NCBI RefSeq assembly: GCF_009914755.1
Contig: NC_060933.1
Origin: the human T2T-CHM13v2.0 reference genome, Homo sapiens
Direction: 5' to 3' (one strand)
Length of the DNA: 64,000 nucleotides
Position 1 is the first letter of the stretch; each line of letters opens with the position of its first letter. Of this stretch, positions 1 through 12,303 are shown piece by piece. Both the position numbers and the translations under genes were made by a program. The notes below the pieces were generated by a model, which saw only the letters and a list, made by a program, of their open reading frames with translations, had not been told where the DNA came from and did not search any database.

Positions 1-997
1 CAGAGATTGTTTTATTTATACAGTGACAACAGTCAGAATTCCAAAGAATCAAGTCATAGAATCTTAATTTTCTTCCGTCAGCATTACTAGCATGGTAGTA
101 ATAAACAACAACAGCAGAGTCAAAGTACTGTGTTTTTTCAAGGTTATTCACTAACACTTAAGAGAAATGAAACTAAAATTAATATGGCTAAACATAAACA
201 CTACACTTTCTAACAAACATGGAAATTATTTCTCCTACATGTATCACAGTTTTAACAATTTCTTAAGCTACTTACATCAAACTATTTTTGTTTAAATGAG
301 ATTTCTGGAATGTCTATAACAACAAAACAGATTTAGACATATGTACATTTATGACATGAGTAGAAAATGAATTGTGAACCTTACCAATTTTTGTATTTGT
401 CAGAACCAAACATTTAAGCAAAATCAAAAATCCAAAGGTCCAACTTTTATGAACACTGTTAAACGATTAACTTTCAAATTACTTAGAAATTCTGGAAATT
501 CCTAGCAATACCGATTGTTCTTCTTTAAAAAGCAACCCAATAAAATAAGAAACCTATAGGTCTGGATTAAGTCCCAACAAATTCCATATTTTCTTACTTT
601 TTTTGACTCTAACTTCCCACTTAGAAAAGGCAGGGTTAAGAACTAAATAGATTCTGACCTTTAAGCATAACTTGAAAAAGCCATAGCCTGAAGATGAGTC
701 ATACCTAGACTTTGTAAACTAACTACACAATTGCTAAACTGTATTTCATACAAAATTAAGAAGCCATGAGTAAAACTCTAGGCTTTATCACTCACTGAAA
801 ATAGAAGACATGTCTTTGTAGTATAGAAAAGCACACAGTGGCTTAGTTACACACAGAAAAAAACAAGGACCACCACGTGTACTCACACATATACATATCA
901 TTCCTTGGGAAACAAAGATTTATTTTCATATAATGCTGCAGGTGAGCTTATAACTTCCAACAAAAGCTTTTAACTTTCCAACAAAAACCTTTTAACT

Positions 998-2258
998 GCA
1001 ACAAAAGCAAAACTACACAATGGGATTGCCTCAAACTAAACTTCTGCATAGTGTGCACAAGCACATGCACACACACACACAAACAACACAGTGAAGTGAT
1101 GACCTATTAATAGGAGAAAATATTTGCAAAACCTACATGTAATAAGAGCATAATATCTGAAATATATAAGCAACTCAATTCAATAACAATAAAAAAAACC
1201 TGATTTTATGTATTTTTTTACTATACTTTAAGTTCTGGGATACATGTGCAGAACATGCAGGTTTGTTACATAGGTATACACGTGCCATGGTGGTTTGCTG
1301 CACCCATCAACCCATCTTCTACATTAGGTATTTCTCCTAATGCTATCCCTCCCCTAGCCTCCCACCCCCAGACAGGCCCTGGTGTGTGATGTTCCCCATC
1401 CCGGGTCCATGTGTTTTCATTGTTCAACTCCTACTTATGAGTGAGAACATGCAGAAAACAACCTGATTTTAAAATGGGCAAAGGACCTGAAAAGACATTC
1501 TAAAAGACAAAACAAATGGCCAACAGGTATGTGAAAAAAATGCTCAACATCACTAATCATTGTGGAAATGCAAATTAAAACCACAATAAGATATCATTTC
1601 ACTTCTGTTAGAACAGTTTTTGTCAAGAGAACAAAAGATAACAAGTATTGGCAAAGATGTGGAGAAAAGGAAATCCTTGCACACTGTTGGTGGGAATGTA
1701 CATTAGTATAGCCATTTTGGAAAACAGTATGGAAGTTCCTCAAAACATTAAAAATAAAACAATCACATGATCCACCAATTTCACTTCTGGGTACATATCC
1801 AAAGGAAATGAAATCAGTATGTCAAAGAGACACATGGATGAACCTAGAGGACGTTATGCTAAGTGAAATAAACCAGACATGAAAAGACACTGCATAATCC
1901 CACTTGTATGTGGAATCTAAAAAGTCAAACTCACAGAGGTAGAGAGTGGAATGGTGGTTACCAGGGGCAGGGACAGAGGGGTGGAGGAATGGGGAGATGT
2001 TGGCCAAAGGGCACAAAGCTGCAGTTAAATGGAAGGAATAAGTTCTGGAGATCAAATAGGAAGCTGACCACGGTTAATAATAATATACGGTATATTTCAA
2101 AATTGCTGAGAGAGTAGATATTAAATGTTCTTGCCATCTCAAAATGGTATGTGAGGTGTTGGATATGTTAATTAGCTTGATTTAGTCATTCCACAATCTA
2201 TAAAGCTCTCAAAATATCACATTATACTCCAAAAATATATAGTTTGTTATTTATTTAT
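998..2258 (+). mobile_element. Old L1 (L1MA/L1MB-like) 3' fragment
   Basis: ORF2-end and 3'UTR motifs (aaatgggcaaaggacctga, atgctcaacatcactaatc, tgttggtgggaatgta); interrupted by a younger L1. Confidence 0.8.
1208..1454 (-). mobile_element. 5'-truncated L1PA (PA7/8-like) 3'UTR nested in the older L1
   Basis: Antisense L1PA 3' end (tatactttaagttctgggatacatgtgcag). 16-bp TSD aaaa(a/c)aacctgatttt at 1192-1207 and 1455-1470 with a TTTT/AAAA target. Confidence 0.88.
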
Positions 2259-2264
2259 ACATTA

Positions 2265-2609
<345 letters not shown>

Positions 2610-2888
2610 TTAATTAGGTCTAGAAACAGAAAATTTCTGAACTACCTTTTTATTAGTTGAAAGAAAACTAAAATTAGAAAACCTCTCCTTGCTCAAAGAT
2701 GTGTTTTCTCCATCCATAGATATAGTTTCTCCTTCAAAAAATTATACACTTGCATATAAAATGAAGTACCTCCAGATTACTGACTAGGAGACTTAATGAA
2801 ATCATTTGGTTTATTCACCTGTTGATACTTTCATATCTCCCACCAAGTTTGAAAACTAGGTCAAAGTAAAACTATCACAACAGGAGAA

Positions 2889-3258
<370 letters not shown>

Positions 3259-3792
3259 TAAAAACCACTAAGACATAATACAAATAAAAAACTAAAATGG
3301 AAATGAATGAAGACCAGAAAAGTTAAAGAAAATGCAAATAAAGTTAATGTTTAAAGTAGATGTTAAAAAGCTTTAATAAGTTAAAAGATGTCTGAATTAT
3401 AAGATCTGAAGCAATTTAAGAGAACTAAAACCAAACCAGGTTGGGTATACGTCTCCCCTTGGTAAAATGGAATCATGTTGCTACCTCCAAAAAGGCTTTG
3501 AAAAACTGGAACATAATAAAAACAGTGTTAACAGTAACTAATTATTGAGCTGTTCTTTGCACATTACATAAACCATCTATTGCATTTAATCCTCATCAAA
3601 ACCCAAAACTATAAATTTTTCCATCTTACAGGTGAGAAACTGAGGTACAAGACAGATCAAGTTACTTGCTCAAAAATAAAATTCTGTTGCATTTTTGCTG
3701 TTTGGTTTCATTTTTTGGGTTTGAGAAAGTATAGAAATAGAAGAACTGGTGACTGGTTACTCCTATTAAGGAGAATAGTAAATCACTTCATA

Positions 3793-3986
3793 TCAAAGTT
3801 CTTAAACTTGAAAATCAAAATCACCTATAGGGCTTGTTAAAATGCAGATTGCCGGGTTCTGGACACTACATCCAGGGTCTCTGATTCAGTAAGTTCAAGA
3901 TAATGTCCAATAATTTGCATTTCTAACAAGTTCCTAGGTGATAATGCCCGGACTAACTGCAAATCACAATTAAGAGACCCACTGCT
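3793..3986. mobile_element. MER5A-like hAT-Charlie MITE
   Basis: gggcttgttaaaatgcagatt...tttgcatttctaacaagttcc. Confidence 0.7.
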
Positions 3987-4154
3987 TTATACCAATAAAA
4001 AAGAAACATGACAAACACTTAGAGACACAATAAAAGAAGAATGAATCATGTTCAAAGGAACCTAATTCCACTGTCTGAATTTTCCAGTTATTTGATTTAT
4101 ACCACACATTTTAAAGAACAAAAGTTCTGTGAAAAGTCACTATGGTGTAAAGTA

Positions 4155-6792
4155 CAATCATACCTATGAGATATTGCAAGTTCATTGCAAATGACTGAAA
4201 TAAAGTGAATACCACAATAAAGAAAATCACACAATTTTTTGGGTTTCTGAGTGAATTTAAGAGTTACATTTACACTATACCATAGTCTATTGAGTATGCA
4301 ATAGCATTATGTCTTAAAAATAATGCATAGACCTTAATTTTAAAAATGCTTTATTGCTTAAAAAAATGCTAATGATCATCTGGGTCTTCTGCAAGTTGTA
4401 TCTGCCACATCCATCCCCTCATTTTGCTAGTGGAGGGTCCTGCCTGGATGTTGATGGCTGCTGACTAATCAGGGTGGTGGGTGATGAAGGTTAAGGTGGC
4501 TGTGGCAACTTCTGGAAATATGACAACAATAAAGTTTGCTGCATGGATTGACTCTTCCTTTCACAAAAGATTTCTCTGTAGCATGTGATGCCGTTTGATA
4601 GCATTTTACCACAGTAGAACTTCATTCAAAGCTGAAGTCAATTATCTCAAACCCTGCCGTCACTTGATCAACCACGTTATATGTAATGTTCTAAATCCTT
4701 TGTTGTCATTTCAACAATGTTCAAAGCGTCTTCACCAGGAATGGTTTCCATCTCAAGAAATCACTTGCTTGGCTCTTCCATAAGAAGCAACTCCTCATCT
4801 GTTCAAATTTTATCATGAGATTGCAGCAATTCAGTCACATATTCAGGTTCCACTTCCAATTCTACTTCTCTTTCCACCACATTTTTAGTGACTTCCTCCA
4901 CGGAAGTCTTCAACCTTTCAAAGTCATCCATGAGGGCTGGGAAAAAATTCTTCCAAACTCCTATTCGTGTTAATGTTCTGACCTCCTCCAATGAATCACA
5001 AATGTTCTTAATAGTATCTAGAATAGTGAACCTTTTCCAGAAGGTTTCCAGTTTACTTTACCCAGATCCACCAGAGAAATTACTATCTATGGCAGCTATA
5101 GCCATAGATAGTAGGCTTGAATGTCAAAATTACAGATACAACTCGCAGAAGACCCAGATGATCATTAGCAATTTTTTTAGCAATAAAGCATTTTTAAAAT
5201 TAAATTTTTTAAGGTTTGTGCAAAATTTTTATTTCCTGTGCATTTATAATGTATACATTCATAATGAATTTCTTAAATAACAAAACTTGAATGTCAAAAT
5301 TACTCCCTGACCCACAGACTGCAGAATAGATGCTGTGTCACCAGGCATAATAACTACAGTAATTTCCTCGTGTATCTCCATCGAGCTCTTGGGTGATGAG
5401 GTGCATTGTCAATGAGCAGTAATATTTTGAAAGAAATCTTTTTTTCTGAGCAGTAGGTCTCAATAGTGGACTTAAAATATTCAGTGTGGCAAGCAGATAT
5501 TGTAAGTAGATGTGCTGTCATCCAGGCTTTGTTGTTCCATTTATAGAGCACAGGCAGAGTAGATTTAGCATAAGTCTTAAGGACACTAGGATTTTCAGAA
5601 TGTAAACGAGCACTGGCTTCAACTAAAAGTCAGCAGCTGCATTAGCCCTTAACAAGAAAGTAAGTCTGTCCTTTCAAGCTTCCAAGTCAAGCACTGACTT
5701 CTCTCTAGCTATGAAAGTCCTAGATAACATCTTTTTCCAATCGAAGGCCGTTTCACCTACATTGAAAATCTGTTGTTTAGTGTAGCCACCTTCCTCAATG
5801 ATCTTAGCTAGATCTTCTGGATAATTTGCTGTAGCTTCTACATCAGCACTTGCTGCTTCACCTTGCACTTTTATGTTATGAAGATGGTTTCTTTCCTTAA
5901 ACCCCATAAAACAACCTCCAAACTATTCTTCTGCAGTTGCCTCACCTCTCTCAGCATTCAGAGTTGAAGACAGTTAAGGCCTTGCTCTGGATTAGGCTTT
6001 GGCTTAAGAGAATGCTGTGGCTGGTTTGATCTTCTATCCAGACCACTAAAACTTTCTCCATATCAGCAATAAGGCTATTTGCTATCTTATCACTCATGTG
6101 TTCATTGGAGTAGCTCTTTTAATTTCCTTCAAGAACTTTTCCTGTGCATTCTTAACTTGGCTAAGTGTTTGGCACAAGAGATCTAGGTTTTGGCCATCTT
6201 GGCTTTTGACATGGTCTTCTCACTAAGCTTAATAATTCTAGCTTTTGATTTCAAATGAAAGATGTGTAATTGGCTTAATTTCAATATTGTTGTGCCAGGA
6301 AATAGGGAGGTCCAAGGAGAGGAGGAGAGATGAGACAATGACTGGAGCAGTGGAGCAGTCAGAACATACACAGCATATATCTAGTTCGCCATCTTATATG
6401 GGCACGCTTCATGGCAACACAAAACAATTACAATAGTAACATCAACGATCACTGATCACCATAACAGATACGATAATAATGAAAAATTCTGATATACTGC
6501 AAGCATTACCAAAAGGTGACACAGAGACATAAAGTGAACACATGCTGTTGGAGAAATGGAGCAAATAGATTTGCTCAATGAAGGGTTGTGGCACAAACTT
6601 TCAACTTACGAAAACACAATATCCAGCCAGATGTGGTGGCACATGCCTGTAGTCCCAGCTAGTCAGGAAGCTAAGTCATGAGAATCACCTGAGCCCACGA
6701 GTTTGGGACCAGTCTGGGCAATATAGTGAGATCTCATCTCAAAAACCAAATCACACTATATCTGCAAAGCACCATACAATGAAGTATACCTG
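4155..6792 (-). mobile_element. Near full-length Tigger1 (pogo-like DNA transposon) with decayed transposase
   Basis: Termini CAATCATACCT / AAGTATACCTG flanked by TA on both sides (4153-4154, 6793-6794). Minus-strand ORF fragments match Tigger transposase ([50 protein letters not shown]). Confidence 0.92.
6625..6747 (+). mobile_element. Alu monomer (FLAM-like) inserted in Tigger1
   Basis: gccagatgtggtggcacatgcctgtagtcccagct...gggcaatatagtgagatc. Confidence 0.8.
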
Positions 6793-8161
6793 TACTTTAT
6801 TTTCAAACCAGGAGTAATCCTGCAACATTGTCCAATGTCTATTATCTTGACCTCTAAAAATCCCAAAACATATAACTCTTTCTACCTGTCTCTTCTAAAA
6901 TTATACACTGTTCTGTGTGGTGATTTATCACCACACAAATTTAATATATTTAATAACTCCAGTTAAAGCAATAGTAGGACAACATTTCAATTTAGTATTG
7001 CTTCCCTCCTATTTTTAAGGCCCTGAATGTTCAGATGCACAAAAAAATCATGAAGTAGGCTAGACACTAACCTGATATATTCACGTGGAGTTAGGCTCTG
7101 AGATCTTTCAAAACACAACATAATAAAGTTTGATCCAGGAGTATAACCATTTGTTTTTATCTTTTCAGATGATATGAATCTGAAGAAATGCCCTCCAGAG
7201 AAGAAAACACAACTTTCATTTCACAGCGCCTGTTCTCTTAACCCATGTACCTTTTCAACATCTCTGTGAAATTCTCCCAGCAAGACAAAGAGCCCCAGGT
7301 TCAGCAAAGATTCACCTTGACCATCTCTCACTTTCATACCAATATACCAACCACTTGGGCAATTATCACAGACTTGTCCATTCAAATCCATTCTAGCCCC
7401 ATTACTGCACAATAGAAGACAGACTTCTGCCAGACACAGCCATGACAGATTCGAAAGGTAGAAATAAGCACTGTGGGGTGGGGCTGTGCTTCTGAATAAA
7501 TCCTAGTGTTTAGTTTTCAGCTTCAAGGGAGAAGAGTGAACACACACACCATTTTGCCAGCTAGGCTTTAGGGTCTTGAAGTCTGCTGCTGTGATAATGG
7601 AAGACTGCTCATGTGTTCAGCTTCCTGATTACAGCAGACATAGCAGTTTTCCTGGCTGGCCAGTTCTATATTATTTGGGAATCATTCCTAGAAATTTAAC
7701 CTAAAACCTGATCCTCCAGTATCCTCTGTAGTTCCCAGTATCAAATCTCTCCCTGCTAAAACTGGCTAAAGTGGTCTCTGCTATCAACAACTGAATCCAG
7801 ACCTACATACTACTAAACAGAAAAGGATTCCTTTAAGTTCCTATCATTTGCAAAAGGAAATACTCCACCACAAAGGGAATTATTAGTGGCTGGCATGATA
7901 GAAGAGATAGACAACAATTTGGAGGATCTGTACTACAGTCAGCTCTTCTGCTGACCTTGACTAAATAAGAATGTAAGAACTGCTAGATAAACTCAAAAGA
8001 AGTCCATGTAAGTCCTCCCTTCCCTAGTCATATCTGGCACATAAGATGTATTAAAATTTTGAATCACTCTGAACTAACATCTATTCTAAGTATTATGGAA
8101 GCATAATGAAAAACAGGGATTGATTACTAATCCAGGGCTCAGTTTCATTATCTGAAAATGG

Positions 8162-8300
8162 GGCTGAACGTGGTGGCTCACACTTGTAATTCCAAGACTT
8201 TGGGAGGCAGAGGTGGGAGGACTGCTTAAAGCCAAGAGTTCAAGACCAGCCTGGTCAACACAGAAACTACGTCTCTAAAAAAAAAGAAAAAGAAAAAGAA
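8162..8300 (+). mobile_element. FLAM_C-like Alu monomer
   Basis: Single left arm followed by an A tail. Confidence 0.82.
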
Positions 8301-8347
8301 GAGAAGATGGGAAACATATCAAATAAAGAATGACAGGTCAAGAACAC

Positions 8348-8780
8348 TATGATATCTAATACAGCAACCACCAGGCATACGCAACTACTGAGCACGTCAA
8401 ATGTGGCTAGTGCAACTGAGGACCTGCATTTTAAATTATATTTTATTTTAATTAATTAAAAATTTTAAAATATGATCAATTACTAGAAAACCCTTGAACA
8501 TTATATTGGGAACAATTCAAGTATATGACGCTAACATTTTCCAAGTAGATATTTTATGAAATCTAAATACATACCAGATTCCAAAGGCTTCACCAAAAAA
8601 AGTGAAATACTTTATTAATTATTTATAGATATGTTAAGTGATATTTTGGATATATTCAGTTAAATAAATTATATTGTTAAAATTAAGTTTACTTGTTTCT
8701 TTTTACTTTTTCGAGTAAAGCTACTAGAAAACCTAAAATTGCAACTGTGACTTGCATTATATTTCTATTGTACAGCGTTG
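8348..8780 (-). mobile_element. hAT-Charlie element (MER33/Charlie1 family)
   Basis: aaatgtggctagtgcaactgagga; terminus tgcattatatttctattgtacagcgttg. Confidence 0.7.
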
Positions 8781-8846
8781 CTTACCTTAAGGAATGTAAA
8801 ACATTTAACAATTTTTGAAAGAAGGGTTAAGAACAGGATAAATCAA

Positions 8847-9157
8847 GCTAGGTATGATAGCTCGTGCCTGTAATCGCAGCTCCTGTAATCCCAGGCTGAA
8901 GTGCAGGAGGATTGCTTGAGGCCAGGAGTTTGAGACCAGCCTGGGCAACACAGTGAGACTACGTCTCTAAACAAATTAAAAATTAAAATTTAAAATTAGC
9001 TGGGCGTATGCTTGTGGTCCCAGCTACTCTGGAGGCTCAATGGGAAAATCACTTGAGCACAGGAGTCAAAGGCTGCAATGAGCTTTGAGTAGTACGCCAC
9101 TACATTCCAGCCTGGGCAACAGAGTAAGATTCCATCTCTATTAAAAAGAAAAAAAAA
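8847..9157 (+). mobile_element. AluJ
   Basis: Diverged dimeric Alu with A tail. Confidence 0.85.
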
Positions 9158-12100
9158 TTAAGAAATGAGAAGAAATGAAAATTATATATATACAAAAGAA
9201 CAAAACAACTTGGTATCATCGAGAAACAAGAGGAAATGTCCTTCTACAAAGAGCCCATGAGAAGACTTTTTTAAAAACATCTCTCCAAATAAGATTTCTA
9301 AGTATCCAAATAATTTCTTCACAATTCTGACGCATGAATAAAAAAATATAAACTTTTAAAAAACAAGAAGTTGATGAGAGCCATTATGGAGGCACACAAA
9401 ATTAATTTCCTATGAGAAAGTAAAGTATGGTATGAGGAAATGTGGACTTGTGGTTAGGGTAAAAGAGCTCTTTGCTCTAACCCCACCCTTTTTACTCACT
9501 ACTAAGTCCAAATCAAGTTAGGGACACATATGAGAGGCTAGACAGGACATGGTAACAGCATAAAGGTGAGGCCTCCAGCCTGGTGATCCACAGAGCTCAG
9601 TATGGGATGCCTAGGTAGCAAAGAGGGAGAAACCTTTGGTTTTCTCTAGGGGGAGAGAAGACACTGGGTGAATTCAGACCCTAAAGTAGACCCCAGGCAG
9701 ATTTTTGTAAGTAAGACTAATTAAATCTCACCAGACTCGTGTGAGGTAAATAGGGAGCAGTGAGGTCCTATCCCAGTTACACTAAACAGGCCCATTAAAT
9801 AAAGAAAGCCATAGCTTCTTACCACCTTAGCAAGACCCAAGAGCTCTGGCTCAGCTACCACAGTCTCACAGTACAAAAAGTCTACTCATCTTAGTCATTC
9901 ACACAGGCACAACCCCAGCCATGCTAATGGTCATAAATGCAAATGCTATCCACTACTTTACTCTTTCTTCCTTGGGAGCATTTAATTAGCATTAACTCTT
10001 AAAACAAAACAGAAAGGTTAAATCCCTTCTCTCCATTTATGGAAATTAATAATAATTTCCATTGCTGTAACTAGACAGTGATAAGAGTCCCATCTAACAC
10101 TTTGCATGTTACGTTAGTTAACTTGACTTTTTTTTTTTTAAGCTCGATTTCTTAGAGAAAATCTCTTGAAAAATACCCTTGCACAGACATGCTCCAACTT
10201 CTTTCAGTCTTGAATAAATTCAGACTGGGACTCACCATTGGAGAGCCAAGACTCTTCATAAAACAAGTTCTTAGACTCTCTTGGACAGTTTTTTTAATCC
10301 ATTTGCTTTGAGCAGTTTTATCTGGAACCTGTGCACACTCTGCCTATAATGGTTAGTCCTGAAGAAGACCAAGGCTGCTAATCAAAAAGTGACTAGGGAT
10401 GGAATGACTTGAAATATAATATAGTTTTCCTTTCACATAGGCATGGCTTATCAATGTTTTCTTCACACACTCCTTCACAAACATGGCTAGAGGTAAAGCC
10501 TTGAAATAAAGCAGTCAAAATTCATTTTTGTATAAAATATTTACTGTATTAGACGTAGCATTCTAATCATACACAGCAATGTGTAAGGAGAGCACCCCTC
10601 CCTCCAGTTCAGAGGAACTGAACCAGAACTACAACAATTTACACAGGGCTAACCTGCCTAACCACCTGAACAGAAAAGCCTCTGTCAACATATTTTGTTT
10701 TTAAACCTACATTATATTCCAAACAAGCAATGCATGCCAAGCTACACTGCATTTGGTAATTTGTACAAAAGGATATTGCCAAATTCCAATACAAAATGAC
10801 TATGAACACACCCGTTTATTTTGGTGCTTCTTTAAATTCCATTTATCAGTGGATTCATTTATAGTTTAGGACTGCTGAACGAACCTTTCAAGACCATGTT
10901 TCTTTTTGGAGGATAAACTCAATCTGTCTTAAATATAGCAAAGTTCAACAATTCAGACATTGCTGTTTCTCAAGTTCTTTGATACACAGGTGAGAGTGGT
11001 AAGTTAGTGTTTATTTTAGGATCATTTATGGTAAGTGGGAGTGGGAAGAGATTTTTAAGCAAGAAATTACATAAACAAAATTAAAGAGGTGTTAAACAAA
11101 TTCTTTCTTTCCCTTTAGAAATTTAATTTACATACTGACAATGTAAACACCATCCACAGCAGTACTTTGATCTGCTAATTACAAAACATTTTTATCTTTT
11201 CATTAAATCAGGAGTTCTAAGAGGCCACTTTAATGACTTAAAGGGCAACGTAAATAAGTCTTCCCTAATTCACACCAGAAATTCACTTGGAATTTTTTTT
11301 CCCTTAAACTAAAGGATCTATGCAATTCTTTAACTCTTGGGATGGTTGACTCCTGTATAGTTGATTAAAATATTCAACCTGTTTAGGCCCCTGGCAGCCA
11401 ATCAGAGACTGGACTTTGAGGATTCCATCCACAGTTGATGAAGCACCTTAAACTACCTCTCATATAAGATGCAGGAACACTATGCAATTCTATCAGGTAC
11501 AAGGAAAACATTTAAAATTCAACATTTCTACAGAGCTAATCCTTCAATTTGGTAAGAGGAATACCATTACCTCTGGCTATTTCTCTAAGTGATCAACAAC
11601 AACAACAGAAATGCATTTAAGGCTCTATATCACTATTTAAGGAGAGCAACCCTCTCTCAGGTTTAAAAGAGCCTAACCTTTTCTCTCCTATTTTTGAAAC
11701 CACAGAACAAAGTTCTATATCTGATGCTCAATCCAGCCGCAATGAAAAATATTTTTAATTTTTTATATTAAATTATTCTCCTTACAAAACTAAGGTGAAT
11801 CCAAAATACTCTTTTAAAAAACCAATAAGCTGTACTTTTTAAAGCAGTTTTAGGTTTCAGAAAAATTAAGCAGAAAGTACAGAGAGTTCTTACATATTCC
11901 CTCTCCCCACTCTACCTGGCTCTCATTTTCCCCTATTATTAACATCTTGCATTGGGGTGGTACATTTGCTACAACTGATAAACCAACATTGACACACTAT
12001 TAACTAAAGTCCATCCCTTACATTAGGGTTTTCTCTCTCTGTTGTACGGAAGTTCTATGGGTTTTGACAAATGTATAACGTCATGTAACCACTCATAACA

Positions 12101-12303
12101 GTATCAAAAAAAGTAGTTTCACTGCCCTAAAAATCCCACCATGTTCTACCTATTCGTCCCTTCCTTCCTCCCCACCAAACCCCCAGCAACCACTGAACTT
12201 TTTATTGTTTTCATAGTTTTACCTTTTTCAGAATGTTATAAAATTGAAGTCATATAATATGTAGGCTTTTCAGATTGGCTTCTTTCAATTGGCAATATGC
12301 ACT

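Noticed and set aside
4803-5907. Transposase-like ORFs as a domesticated TIGD-type gene
   Set aside because: Fragmented by stops, frameshifts and an insertion; a decayed Tigger1.
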